A DNA stretch of 64,000 nt from Myxococcota bacterium (GCA_036229005.1 JAZAMN010000004.1:64001-128000); one strand, 5' to 3'; numbered from the stretch's first letter, positions 1 to 10,069 are shown. Notes: generated by a model from the sequence alone, not told the origin. Program-made: numbers and translations.

Positions 1-810
1 GCCACCAAGACCTTCTCCTGCCCGCTGGCCTGGGAGGCGATCGACCAGGGCCTGCTCTCCATGGACGAGCCCGCCGCCGACACCCTCACCGAGTGGCAGG
101 GGCTCGAGCACAAGCAGGACATCCGCGTCGAGCACCTGCTGCGCTTCACCAGCGGCCTGGAGAGCGACTTCCGCGAGATGACCCTCGACGGCCTCCGCGA
201 CCCCGACGAGCAGCGCATCGCCGACAAGTACGCCTACGCCCTGGAGCTGCCCTCCGAGGCCCCGCCCGGCGAGCAATACGTCTACGGCAGCGCCCACCTG
301 ACCGCCTTCGGGGCGCTCATGTCCCGCAAGCTGGACGGCAGCCCCGTCGCCTGGCTCCAGGACCAGGTCCTGGACGTCATCGGCATGCGCTTCTCCGGCT
401 GGAACCACGACGCCGTCGGCAACCCCATGCTGTCCTACGGCGCCTGGACCTCCACCCCCGAGATGGCCCGCTTCGGCGTCTTCCTCCGGGACGACGGCGC
501 CTGGGAGGGCGAGCAGGTCGTCGCCCCCGGCCTGCTGGACTTCTGCATGAGCCCCACCCCTCAGAACCCCGCCTATGGGGTCGCGAGCTGGATCAATGGC
601 CCCATGGGCGAGACGGCCCAATTCCCGGGTGAGCTGGGGTATGCGGACGGCCCCATCATGACCCCCGACGGCGAGGACATGCTGGTGGCCGGCGGCGCCC
701 GCGGTCAGCGCATCTACGTGATGCCCGAGCGGGACTGGGTGGTCGTGCAGCAGTGCGACTCGCGCAGCTTCCGGGACACCGAGTACCTCCAGCGCCTCCT
801 TGATTGGTAG
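1..810 (+). CDS. Serine hydrolase / beta-lactamase (class C-like) family protein, 5' truncated by the window edge
   Basis: Frame 1 is open from base 1 (ATKTFSC, probably the tail of an S-x-x-K motif). Contains HLLRFTSGL, PPGEQYVYG, MARFG and GARGQRIYVMPE segments typical of this family. Confidence 0.75.
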   Translation, partial: ATKTFSCPLAWEAIDQGLLSMDEPAADTLTEWQGLEHKQDIRVEHLLRFTSGLESDFREMTLDGLRDPDEQRIADKYAYALELPSEAPPGEQYVYGSAHLTAFGALMSRKLDGSPVAWLQDQVLDVIGMRFSGWNHDAVGNPMLSYGAWTSTPEMARFGVFLRDDGAWEGEQVVAPGLLDFCMSPTPQNPAYGVASWINGPMGETAQFPGELGYADGPIMTPDGEDMLVAGGARGQRIYVMPERDWVVVQQCDSRSFRDTEYLQRLLDW

Positions 811-856
811 GAGCCAGCGACTAAGGGACTCCCGCAACCACACATCGGGAGTCCCC

Positions 857-1696
857 ATGTCCACCATCGCAGTCCTCGGAACCGGCCTGTTGGGCGCCGG
901 CTTCGCCTACAAGGCCATGGACAACGGCCACAGCGTCCGCGTCTGGAACCGCACCGCCGCCAAGGCCGCCCCCATCGCGGAGGCTGGCGCACACCACGCC
1001 CAGTCCCCCGCCGAGGCCGCCCAGGGCGCCGACCGCGTCCACCTGGTGCTCAGCTCCGACGACGCCGTCGAGTCCGTCATCTCCCAGCTCCGCGAGGGCC
1101 TGGGCCAGGGCGTGTGGATCATCGATCACTCCACCAACCTCCCCGCCCGCGTGGCCGAGCGCTGCGAGCGCCTGAGCGCCGAGGGCGTCAACTACCTGCA
1201 CTGCCCCGTGTTCATGGGCCCCTCCAACAGCCGCAACGCCACCGGCTCCATGCTGATCTCCGGCGGGGAGGACCTCATCGCCCAGCACCGCGCCGCCCTG
1301 GAGGAGATGACCGGCGAGCTCATCGTGGTCGGCCCTCGGCCCCAGGACGCCGCCGTCCGCAAGATCATCGGCAACGGCCTCATCATCGGCCTGGCCGGCC
1401 TGGGCGGTGACCTGCTGCAGCTCGGCAAGGAGGCCGGCTGGAGCGTGGAGCAGACCCTCGATGCCATCGGCGCCTTCTCCCCCATGGGCAAGGGCATGGC
1501 CAAGCGCGCTGCCGCCTACGGCACCCGCCCCGCCAGCTTCGAGCTCTCCATGGCCCGCAAGGACATCGGCCTGATGATCGAGACCGCCGGCGCGGACAAG
1601 TGCTGCATCCTGCCCGGCCTGGCGCAGTCCATGGACGCGCTGATCCAGGACGGCCAGGGGCAGGAGGACTTCACCGCCGTGGCCGCCCTCAAGTAG
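857..1696 (+). CDS. NAD(P)-dependent oxidoreductase, 3-hydroxyisobutyrate dehydrogenase family
   Basis: Rossmann motif IAVLGTGLLG, then VWNRT, IIDHST, K-IIGN and MARKD. ATG at 857. Confidence 0.85.
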   Translation: MSTIAVLGTGLLGAGFAYKAMDNGHSVRVWNRTAAKAAPIAEAGAHHAQSPAEAAQGADRVHLVLSSDDAVESVISQLREGLGQGVWIIDHSTNLPARVAERCERLSAEGVNYLHCPVFMGPSNSRNATGSMLISGGEDLIAQHRAALEEMTGELIVVGPRPQDAAVRKIIGNGLIIGLAGLGGDLLQLGKEAGWSVEQTLDAIGAFSPMGKGMAKRAAAYGTRPASFELSMARKDIGLMIETAGADKCCILPGLAQSMDALIQDGQGQEDFTAVAALK

Positions 1697-1731
1697 CGCA
1701 GTGGGGGAGGGGAGCTCCGCTGGAGGAGCCC

Positions 1732-1770
1732 CCTCAGACCTCAGACCTCAGACCTCAGACCTCAGACCTC
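1732..1770. repeat. Heptamer tandem repeat (CCTCAGA) x5.5, next to a GC hairpin (1707-1735) between convergent genes
   Basis: CCTCAGA at 1732, 1739, 1746, 1753, 1760 and partial at 1767. It overlaps the stop of the minus-strand gene. Confidence 0.9.
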
Positions 1771-3024
1771 GTCGTCCCGGCGGCGACGGCGCAGCAGGAG
1801 CAGGCCGGCCAGGGGCACCAGCCAGGCCAGATCCGTGGGGGCGGGCTGGCTGCTGCAGCCGCACACACCGACCTCGGCGGGGATGGTCTCCATCGTGCCG
1901 CCGGTGTCCTCGTCTTCGGACCAGCCGCTGCCGTAGAGGGGGATCTCAAAGGCCAGCTTGGTGGGGTCGGAGGTGTTGAGGATCAGCACTGCCTCCTGGT
2001 CCCCAGCCACCGTCGGGGCGAAGGTGACCACCAGGCCGTCCTCGGCGCCCGCGTTGGCGTAGATGGTGCCCGGGAACACGGTGAACTCGCCCGCGCCCTG
2101 GATGCCCGAGAGCGCCTCGACGGGCAGCTCGCCCAGGTTCATGACCTTGACCTCGCAGGTGGCGATCTCGCCGACCTCGACCTCGCCAAAGTCGCACTCC
2201 GTGGTGAGCGCCTCGATCTGCGGCAGCGGGTGGTAGATGTCCACCGGCATGAAGTCCTTCTCGACCTCGGTGTCCACCATCGGCAGCTCGATGTCGAAGG
2301 CCCCCACCTCCGTGCAGCCGATGATCGGGATGCACACCCCAAAAGAGGGAGTGAACACCAGGTCCACCGCGGCCCCGTAGAGCCCCGTGAACACCGCCTT
2401 CTCCTCCAGCGCGCCCGTGGTGGGCACCGGGATGATCTCGAAGCCGCCCTCCTCGTCGATCACGCTGGGGCCTGTGGCGATCTGGATGCCCTGGAAGCTG
2501 GCGACGATGTCCGAGCGCCAGTCCATCTGCACGTAGAGCTCGACCCCCGTGAACACCGACTGCTTGTAGTCAAAGAGCCGGTCCTTCTTTCCGGGGGACA
2601 GGATCTCGGCCACCTGCGGGTCGCCGTTGGGCAGCAGCCAGGGGTCGAAGGTCGTCTCGCCGCCGTACACATCGGACGAGCTGTACAGGTTCTGTCCCCA
2701 GGTGTACCCGCCGATGTCGAACTGCAGGTCCGCGGAGATCCCCAGCTCCGTGTCCAGCAGGAAGATGCCCGTGCCCGGCGCGGGCTCGTAGCCGTGGGTC
2801 AGCGGGTCGGGCCACTCCAGCCAGGAGTCGCCCTCCATCTCCACCAGCGCGCCGCCGGCCGAGGTGTTCTCGATCTTGACCTGGATCGGCGACCCGGAGG
2901 GCACCCAGCCCGTCGACGACGTCGCGCCCTCGTAGATGTTCGTGAAGTCATCGAACACCACCTCGGACGGGGTGGACTCGAAGGCCAGCGCGGGCGCGCT
3001 CAGCAGGGCAAGAAGCAGCGGCAT
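1762..3024 (-). CDS. Surface protein with an Ig-like (choice-of-anchor D/ASH-like) domain and C-terminal MYXO-CTERM sorting signal
   Basis: Signal MPLLLALLSAPALA; DFGEVEVG...VTFAPT...LILNTSDP domain; C-terminus CGCSSQP...LAWLVPLAGLLLLRRRRR. Confidence 0.8.
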   Translation of the reverse strand: MPLLLALLSAPALAFESTPSEVVFDDFTNIYEGATSSTGWVPSGSPIQVKIENTSAGGALVEMEGDSWLEWPDPLTHGYEPAPGTGIFLLDTELGISADLQFDIGGYTWGQNLYSSSDVYGGETTFDPWLLPNGDPQVAEILSPGKKDRLFDYKQSVFTGVELYVQMDWRSDIVASFQGIQIATGPSVIDEEGGFEIIPVPTTGALEEKAVFTGLYGAAVDLVFTPSFGVCIPIIGCTEVGAFDIELPMVDTEVEKDFMPVDIYHPLPQIEALTTECDFGEVEVGEIATCEVKVMNLGELPVEALSGIQGAGEFTVFPGTIYANAGAEDGLVVTFAPTVAGDQEAVLILNTSDPTKLAFEIPLYGSGWSEDEDTGGTMETIPAEVGVCGCSSQPAPTDLAWLVPLAGLLLLRRRRRDDEV

Positions 3025-3397
3025 GGGGGACCTCAGCGGTGCGCCAGTATCCACCGGGTTGTCCTCGCCTGCAAGCGTAGATGACTCAGAGTCACCTTCC
3101 CGCTACGGCAGCGTAGGTTTTGAACCATTCCGCGTCGAGCGCCGACCGGCCTATCTGGACCAGGGCCCGTCAAAGTCGTTCTGGGAGCGGCTCTCTGGGG
3201 GGGCCTTGCGCGCCTGCTGCGGGGGGAGGCAGCACTTTGTGGGGGCAGCCCTTGCCCGGCACCAGGCCTGTGAATAAGCTGGGGTGTCGCGCAAGCGGCA
3301 TGCTCACTGAGAGTCAGGCATCCAGCGTCGCCAGCGGTGTTGGATGCGGTCGCACCGCCCCTGTGAAGTTGGGGAGCGGGTGGCCACATAGGAACGT

Positions 3398-3777
3398 GGG
3401 GGCGCACCGGTTTCGACGGGGCCGCGGTAGGTTGAGGCCGCATGCCGAGAGTGTCATGACCTCTCGTAAAATCACATGACGCAGAATGTACAACTGCCAA
3501 CAACAACAACAACTTCGCTCTCGCAGCCTAAACCGCTGCTGAGCTGTCCGGCTGAACCGTTCTCCAAGGGCCTCAGCTGGGCATGTCACGACTTGGATAG
3601 TCCTGAGCGTCGCGTAGCGTAGGCGCAGGGGACGATAAATAACCACACTCAAATCGCTGCCACCCCACTGCGGGATGGGCCTCTGGGTCCTGCTTGGGGT
3701 TGTATCCAGAGGATAAGCATGTAGACGTTGAGACTGAGTGGTCACGGACGCGGGTTCGACTCCCGCCGCCTCCACCA
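3398..3777 (+). ncRNA. ssrA: tmRNA (transfer-messenger RNA); tag peptide (A)ANNNNNFALAA*
   Basis: 5' GGGGGCG pairs with 3' CGCCTCC-ACCA and includes the G3:U alanine wobble. 5' GGTTTCGACGGGG motif, T-arm GCGGGTTCGACTCCCGC, tag ORF 3496-3531. Confidence 0.97.
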
Positions 3778-3798
3778 TTCCAGGGCCCCAGGCCCGCA

Positions 3799-3835
3799 GA
3801 GACGCCACCTTGGCCTTGTGTCAGGGTGGCGTCTC
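3799..3835 (+). terminator. Stem-loop downstream of tmRNA (likely terminator or processing hairpin)
   Basis: GAGACGCCACC (3799-3809) and GGTGGCGTCTC (3825-3835) form a perfect 11-bp inverted repeat. No strong U-tract follows. Confidence 0.55.
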
Positions 3836-4009
3836 CTGCTCTGGGGGCCGTCCTGCCCCGCCCGCATCCCCGCCGCGGGGGCCGCTGAAATCCAGTGAAA
3901 AGCGAGGTCCTCGGCGTCTGTCGCATGCCCTGGCCCACCTCCCCGGGCTGCGCCCTTGCGGCCTTATGCGCAACCCTGGCAGCATCGTCGCCCGCAAGCG
4001 AGGACACCC

Positions 4010-5494
4010 TTGGCCCAACTGACCCTCCCCGAGCTCGAGCGCCACCTCTGGGGCGCCGCCGACATCCTCCGGGGCTCCATCGACTCCAGCGACTACAAGC
4101 ACTACATCTTCGGGCTGCTCTTCTACAAGCGCCTGAACGACGTGTGGCTCGAGGAGTACGAGCAGCGCCTGGCCGAGTTCGAAGACGACGCCCTGGCCCG
4201 CGACCCCGACGAGCACCGCTTCCACATCCCCCAGGGGGACTTCTGGTCCGACGTCCGCAAGCACAGCACCGACATCGGCACCCACCTGAACATGTCCTTC
4301 CGCTCCATCGAGGACGCCAACCCCCGGCTCAAGGGCGTGTTCCAGGACGTGGACTTTGCCAACCGGCAGCGCTTCCCCGACCACCTGCTCGACGCCCTGC
4401 TCCAGCACTTTGAGAAGCACCGCATGCGCAAGGCCGACGTGCCCTCCACCATGCTGGGCGACGCCTACGAATACCTCATCGCACAGTTCGCCGACGACGC
4501 CGGCAAGAAGGGCGGGGAGTTCTACACCCCCAAGCAGGTCGTCAAGCTCATGGTCGAGATCCTCCAGCCCCAGGAGGGCCAGACCGTCTACGACCCCACC
4601 TGTGGCTCTGGCGGCATGCTGCTGGAGGCCACCCACTACATGGAGCGGAACGGGCTCAACCCCCGGGCGCTCACCCTCTACGGCCAGGAGAAGAACCTCA
4701 ACACCTGGGCCATCTGCAAGATGTCGCTGTTCCTGCACGACATCGACGACGCCTTCATCGAGCGCGGCGACACCCTGGCCGACCCCAAGCACCTGGACAG
4801 CGACAAGACCGTCAAGCGCTTCGACCTGGTGCTCGCCAATCCGCCGTTTTCCCTCAAGAAGTGGGGCCACGCCGTCTGGAGCAAGGGCGACCCCTACTCC
4901 CGAGACACCTACGGCTGTCCCCCCAAGTCCTACGGCGATCTCGCTTTTGTGCAGCACATGGTGGCCTCCCTCAAGCCCGGCGGCCGCATGGCGGTTGTCT
5001 GTCCGCACGGCGTGCTCTTTCGCGGGGGAGCCGAGGGCAGGATCCGCAAGGGTTTGCTCCAGGACGATCTGGTCGAAGCGGTGGTTGGTTTGGGAGAGAA
5101 CCTGTTTTACGGGACGGGGATCCCCGCTGCGGTGCTGTTCATCCACCGGGACAAGCCGGAGGACCGGAAGGGCAAGGTCCTCATCGTCAACGGCGACAAG
5201 GACTTCATTTCCGGCACCAACCAGAACACTCTGTCGGAAGAGAATGTATCCAGGCTCGCACAGTCGGTTCACCACTTTCGGGATCAGGACCTCTTCTGCC
5301 GGGTCGTGGATCTGGGTGAGATCGAGGACAACGACTTCAACCTGAACCTCACCCGCTACGTACAGACCGATCCGCCCCCGCCGCCGATTGACGTGAAGGC
5401 CGAGGTGGCGACGCTTCACGAGTTGATGACGAAGCGGGACGAGGCCGAGGGCCGGATGCTCGGGTTCTTGAAGGAGCTTGGCTATGTCGAGTAG
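4010..5494 (+). CDS. hsdM: Type I restriction-modification methyltransferase subunit M (m6A)
   Basis: LWGAADILRG N-terminus, GEFYTP, YDPTCGSGGML (motif I), catalytic NPPF, PHGVLFRG. TTG start after AGGA. Confidence 0.95.
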   Translation: MAQLTLPELERHLWGAADILRGSIDSSDYKHYIFGLLFYKRLNDVWLEEYEQRLAEFEDDALARDPDEHRFHIPQGDFWSDVRKHSTDIGTHLNMSFRSIEDANPRLKGVFQDVDFANRQRFPDHLLDALLQHFEKHRMRKADVPSTMLGDAYEYLIAQFADDAGKKGGEFYTPKQVVKLMVEILQPQEGQTVYDPTCGSGGMLLEATHYMERNGLNPRALTLYGQEKNLNTWAICKMSLFLHDIDDAFIERGDTLADPKHLDSDKTVKRFDLVLANPPFSLKKWGHAVWSKGDPYSRDTYGCPPKSYGDLAFVQHMVASLKPGGRMAVVCPHGVLFRGGAEGRIRKGLLQDDLVEAVVGLGENLFYGTGIPAAVLFIHRDKPEDRKGKVLIVNGDKDFISGTNQNTLSEENVSRLAQSVHHFRDQDLFCRVVDLGEIEDNDFNLNLTRYVQTDPPPPPIDVKAEVATLHELMTKRDEAEGRMLGFLKELGYVE

Positions 5495-6716
5495 TCTCCC
5501 ACTTGGTTGGAGCCGCCGGCCCATCGGCTCCTTCGCCCAGAAGGTCCGGAGGATGAACTCCGATGCCGAGGACCTGGAGCCGCTTTCAATCACCAAGGAT
5601 CAAGGGGTTGTCCTTCAGCGTCTGAAGTACAAGAAGCGGATTGCCACTGATCCGCGAAAGTACCAGATTGGGATGGACGGTGACTTTGCGTTTGATCCGA
5701 TGTCTCTCTACTATGGTGCGATTGGGCGTATTCAGGATCTGGGGCGTGGATTGATTAGTCCGGACTATGTGACCTTCACCGTGGATCGAAGCGTCGACCA
5801 CGACTTCTTGGAGGCGCTTCTTCGTTGGTCACACATGCACAAGGAGTACGAGTACCTCTCCGAAACGTCGAATTCACGAGGCAAACGACGGCGGCTCTAC
5901 TGGTCCGTACTCATTGATCTCCCCATTCTGCTCCCACCCCTCCCCGAACAGAAGAAGATCGCCGCCATCCTCTCCTCCGTGGACGAGGCCATCCAGGCGA
6001 CACAGGCGGTCATCGAGCAGACCCGGCGGGTAAAGGAAGGGCTGCTCCAGGACCTGCTGACCCGAGGCATCGGACACACGCGGTTCAAGCAAACGGAGAT
6101 CGGGGAGATTCCCGAGTCGTGGGAGATCCGTCGAGTTGACCAACTCTGCCAAGTGACCAGCGGAGCAACCCCGCTGCGTAGCAACCAAGCCTATTTCGAC
6201 TCTGGGGATGTCCCCTGGGTCAAGACGATGGACTTGAACGGCGGCGTCGTTTCAACCACCGACGAGTCGATCACACCGTTGGCTCTTGCCGAGACCTCCT
6301 GCAAGGTCCTGCCCGTAGGCACAGTGATGTGTGCAATGTACGGCGGTTTCCGGCAGATCGGTCGGACCGGCGTGCTTGCGATGGAGGCTGCCACCAACCA
6401 GGCCATTTCTTCGATGGTGTTGAAACCGAAGGCGAAGCTGTTGCCAGAGTTCCTGAACTACTTCTTCGTCGCCCATCGTCCACGTTGGAAAGGCATTGCA
6501 GCGAGCAGTCGGAAAGACCCCAACATCACCAGGCAGGACGTGTGTGGGTTCAAGGTCGCCGTGCCCCCCGTGGCTGAACAACACGCGATCGTTGACCGGG
6601 TGGATGCCCTGACTGCTGCTATCGGTGAGGGAGAGGTCGCGTTGGCCGCCCACCGCCGAGTGAAGGCAGGTCTCCTCCAAGACCTCCTCACCGGCAAGGT
6701 CCGAGTGTCCGTGTGA
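5484..6716 (+). CDS. hsdS: Type I R-M specificity subunit S
   Basis: Two variable TRDs separated by PPLPEQKKIAAILSSVD...GLLQDLLTRG, repeated at the C-terminus as PPVAEQ...GLLQDLLTGK. Overlaps hsdM and hsdR. Confidence 0.93.
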   Translation: MSSSLPLGWSRRPIGSFAQKVRRMNSDAEDLEPLSITKDQGVVLQRLKYKKRIATDPRKYQIGMDGDFAFDPMSLYYGAIGRIQDLGRGLISPDYVTFTVDRSVDHDFLEALLRWSHMHKEYEYLSETSNSRGKRRRLYWSVLIDLPILLPPLPEQKKIAAILSSVDEAIQATQAVIEQTRRVKEGLLQDLLTRGIGHTRFKQTEIGEIPESWEIRRVDQLCQVTSGATPLRSNQAYFDSGDVPWVKTMDLNGGVVSTTDESITPLALAETSCKVLPVGTVMCAMYGGFRQIGRTGVLAMEAATNQAISSMVLKPKAKLLPEFLNYFFVAHRPRWKGIAASSRKDPNITRQDVCGFKVAVPPVAEQHAIVDRVDALTAAIGEGEVALAAHRRVKAGLLQDLLTGKVRVSV

Positions 6717-9700
6717 CCACCCCCAACGAACTCTCCCTCGTCGAAAAGCCCATCCTCCACTTCATGGAGTCCATGGGCTACCGCGTCATCGGCCCCGACC
6801 AGCACCCCAGCCTCCGCGCCCGCGAGAACGAGGTCCTCTTCAAGCCCCTGCTGGTCAAGGCCCTCGGCGAACTCAACGACATCGACGAGGCCACGGCCCT
6901 CGCCATCTACAACGAACTGGCTGGCCTCTCCGACAACAAGCGCTGGGTCGACATCCTGCGAGGCAACTACTCCCGAAAGGTGGCCGGGGAACAAACCCAC
7001 CGCACCATCCGCCTGGTGGACTTCAAAGACCCCCAGAAGAACCACTGGGCCGTCACCAGCCAGCTGCGCGTCCAGGGCGAGGTCGTCCGCAAGCCCGATG
7101 TGGTCGTCTACCTCAACGGCATCCCCGTGGTGGTCATCGAGGCCAAGAGCCCCGTCAACCCCAGCCAGAACAGCTTCGACGCCATCGAACAGATCCGCAT
7201 GTACGAGTCCGACGTGCCTCGGCTCTTTGCGCCCAACCTGTTCAACATCGCGACCAACGACGTCACCTTCCTCTACGGCGCCACCGGCGCCCCCAGTGAG
7301 TTCTGGAGCCGCTGGCGAGACCCCTGGCCTCGCTCACCTGACGCGTTCTCCGACGAGACCGAGAAGGGCCTTTACAGCCTGCTGGAGCCCGCCCGGCTGC
7401 TGGACATCCTGGCCCACTTCATCGTGTTCGAGACCCGCGACGGCAAGACCATCAAGAAGGTCTGTCGCTACCAGCAATACCGGGCCGTCAACAAGATGGT
7501 CCAGCGCGTCATCGACGGGGAGCACCGCGCCGGCCTCATCTGGCACACCCAGGGCTCCGGCAAGAGCCTGACCATGGTGTTCGCGGCCCTCAAGCTCAAG
7601 TTCCACCGGGGCCTCTCAAGCCAGCGCCTACAGAACCCCAACCTGCTGATCATCACAGATCGCATCGACCTGCACGACCAGATCAGCGCCACCTTTGTCG
7701 CCTGCGGTCTCCCCAACCCAGTGGACGCCGACAGCATCGACAAGCTGCAGCAGAACCTGGTCCCTGGCGTCTCGGGTCGCACAGTCCTGTCCACCATCTT
7801 CAAGTTCAACTGGGAGGACGAGCGCCTCAAGTCGCAGGTCCACGCCCAGCGCCTCGCCGCCTTGCGGGACCTCGAGGTCGCCGGCTCCGAGAACTGGATC
7901 CTCATGGTCGATGAGTGCCACCGCACCCAGGAGAAAGACCTGGGCGCCTACCTGCGCGCCATCCTGCCCAAGGCCACCCGTTTTGGCTTCACCGGAACCC
8001 CCGTCAAGAAGAACGACCACGACACCTTCACCAACTTTGGGGCCAAGGGGGAGCGCTACCTGGACAAGTACGGGATCGACGACGCCGTCGCGGATGGAGC
8101 CACCGTGCCCATCCTCTACCAGGGCCGCATGACCGAGTGGCACCTGCACGCCAAGGAGCTCGACGTCGTCTTTGACCAGTGGTTCGTCGACGAGCCCGAC
8201 GGGAAGATCGAGGAGCTCAAGCGCCGCGGCGTCACCAAGGGCGACCTCGCCCGCTTTGAGCCGCGCATCCAGCTCATCGCCCTGGATCTGTGGACCCACT
8301 TCCAGAAGAGCGTCCAGCCCGATGGCTTCAAGGCACAGATCGTCGCCATCGATCGCCTGGCCTGCGTCGCCTACAAAAAGGCCCTGGACAGCGTCATCGC
8401 CAACACCCTGGTCAAGACCCACAAGCTCTCGCCAGAGGACGCCCAGGCCCGCGCCACGGCCATGTCCAAGTGTGTCTACAGCCCTGCCCAGCACGACCAG
8501 CAGAAGCACCCGGAGCTCGTCGAGTTCCAGCTGGACGACCAGCAGACCAAGGACGCCATCAGCGACTTTGTGGACCCCGCCTCTGACCTCAAGTTCCTGA
8601 TCGTCTGCAACAAGCTGCTCACGGGCTTTGACGCCCCCATCGAGCAGGCCATGTACCTGGACAACCCCCTCACGGATCACAACCTGCTCCAGGCTATCGC
8701 GCGCACCAACCGGCGCTACGGGACAGCAAAGGCGCACGGCCTCATCGTCGACTACATCGGCGTCTCCAAGAAGCTCTCCGAGGCCCTCTCTGCCTACCGG
8801 AAGGAGGACGTCGCCTCCGCCATGAAGGACCACGACGTCCTGGCCGACAAGCTCAAGCTCGCCCACCGCGAGGTCATGGATCTGGTCAAGCAGGTCCCTC
8901 GCACAGACGATCCCGACGCCAACGTCAAGGCCGTCATCGCACACCTGGCCACCGAAGACCGCTGGTACATCTTCCGCTCCAAGGCCGATGCATTCCTCAA
9001 GGCCTATCAGGCCCTCACCCCCGACCCTCGGGTCCTGCCCTACCAGGTCGATCTCAAACACATCGCCTCCTGCATTCCCTACGGTCTGCTGCGCTTTGAG
9101 AACAAGGAGGAGACCGACTGGAAGAAGTACAGCCAGAAGGTCCGGCAGATGCTCGACGAGCACCTGGAGGTCACCGGCCTCAAGACCGTGTGCAAGCTGC
9201 GCAGCCTCACCGACCCCAAGTTCTGGGATGACTTCGAGAGCCCCCAGGACATCGAGGAGGCCGCCGTCCGCAAGCTCTCCGAGCTCAAGAAGGAGACCAC
9301 CGAGCGCGCCGCCAAGAACCCTGCTCGCTACGAGAAGTTCTCTGACCGCATCAAGGAGCTCATCGACAAGTTCAACCAGGGCCTGCTGGAAGCCCAGCAG
9401 ACCCTCGACTTCTCCAAGCAGGTCGCCCAGGCCCTCACCACAGAGGACCAGGCCCACCAGGGCACCGGCCTGAGCGAGCGGGCCTTCTCCATCCACGCAA
9501 TCCTGGAGAGCTTCGCCATCCAGCACACCGTGGACCCCCAGGGAGACGGCTACAAGGCCGGCGACACCAAGCCCACCGAGCCCAAGCTCTCCGCCCTCCA
9601 GAAGGCCGCCTTGGACATCGATGCCCTCTACGCCTCCGACGAGTCCGCCCCTCCCCACTGGCAGGACAAGTCCCAGCTCCGCAAGGAGCTCCGCGGCCAG

Positions 9701-9808
9701 GTCCGGCGCCTGGTCAAGGGCCTCGGCCTGGACGGCTGGGCCAAGGAGGTCCCCAGCTCCGTGGAGCACTACGCGCTCCAGCACTACCGCAAGCCCCCGG
9801 GGTCTTGA
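6713..9808 (+). CDS. hsdR: Type I R-M restriction subunit R
   Basis: PD-VVVYLNGIPVVVIEAK nuclease motif, HTQGSGKS Walker A, DECH box, GFTGTP, LLTGFDAP, QAIARTNR. GTGA overlap with hsdS. Confidence 0.95.
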   Translation: MTTPNELSLVEKPILHFMESMGYRVIGPDQHPSLRARENEVLFKPLLVKALGELNDIDEATALAIYNELAGLSDNKRWVDILRGNYSRKVAGEQTHRTIRLVDFKDPQKNHWAVTSQLRVQGEVVRKPDVVVYLNGIPVVVIEAKSPVNPSQNSFDAIEQIRMYESDVPRLFAPNLFNIATNDVTFLYGATGAPSEFWSRWRDPWPRSPDAFSDETEKGLYSLLEPARLLDILAHFIVFETRDGKTIKKVCRYQQYRAVNKMVQRVIDGEHRAGLIWHTQGSGKSLTMVFAALKLKFHRGLSSQRLQNPNLLIITDRIDLHDQISATFVACGLPNPVDADSIDKLQQNLVPGVSGRTVLSTIFKFNWEDERLKSQVHAQRLAALRDLEVAGSENWILMVDECHRTQEKDLGAYLRAILPKATRFGFTGTPVKKNDHDTFTNFGAKGERYLDKYGIDDAVADGATVPILYQGRMTEWHLHAKELDVVFDQWFVDEPDGKIEELKRRGVTKGDLARFEPRIQLIALDLWTHFQKSVQPDGFKAQIVAIDRLACVAYKKALDSVIANTLVKTHKLSPEDAQARATAMSKCVYSPAQHDQQKHPELVEFQLDDQQTKDAISDFVDPASDLKFLIVCNKLLTGFDAPIEQAMYLDNPLTDHNLLQAIARTNRRYGTAKAHGLIVDYIGVSKKLSEALSAYRKEDVASAMKDHDVLADKLKLAHREVMDLVKQVPRTDDPDANVKAVIAHLATEDRWYIFRSKADAFLKAYQALTPDPRVLPYQVDLKHIASCIPYGLLRFENKEETDWKKYSQKVRQMLDEHLEVTGLKTVCKLRSLTDPKFWDDFESPQDIEEAAVRKLSELKKETTERAAKNPARYEKFSDRIKELIDKFNQGLLEAQQTLDFSKQVAQALTTEDQAHQGTGLSERAFSIHAILESFAIQHTVDPQGDGYKAGDTKPTEPKLSALQKAALDIDALYASDESAPPHWQDKSQLRKELRGQVRRLVKGLGLDGWAKEVPSSVEHYALQHYRKPPGS

Positions 9809-10068
9809 TGTCTGAGCCTGCAGAGCTGATTCACCCTAATGGGCGCACAACCGTTGTCCAGCCAGTGGACGGCCAGCGTTTCACCACGCAGGAACTGGAA
9901 GGCCTGGTTGGGCTGGGCTGTGAGATCCGCAGAGGACCGGCTGGATACGTCATCGTCTGCAAGTTCGGCGATGACCGCCCACCGAATCAGGGGATGCCCG
10001 GGTTCCGCGGCCCCGTGGTCATTCTCCCGTCCTCAGCCATGCTCCATCAACTCCCCAGAGACTTCTGA
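9808..10068 (+). CDS. Small hypothetical protein, weak resemblance to the DUF3846 family
   Basis: TGATG coupling to the hsdR stop; ends 1 nt before the next ATG. The segment P.DG.RFT..ELEGLVG..EI recalls DUF3846 (from memory, unverified). Confidence 0.55.
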   Translation: MSEPAELIHPNGRTTVVQPVDGQRFTTQELEGLVGLGCEIRRGPAGYVIVCKFGDDRPPNQGMPGFRGPVVILPSSAMLHQLPRDF

Positions 10069-10069
10069 G

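Noticed and set aside
3055..3397. Additional ncRNA or small ORF upstream of tmRNA
   Set aside because: Only a modest hairpin (~3318-3347) and unconvincing short ORFs; no recognisable RNA family motif.
7628..9784. Long antisense or alternate-frame ORFs (e.g. 7628-9784, 3821-5596, 29286-31079, 41932-43926, 45862-48072)
   Set aside because: They are shadows of well-supported genes in a high-GC genome and have no motifs of their own.
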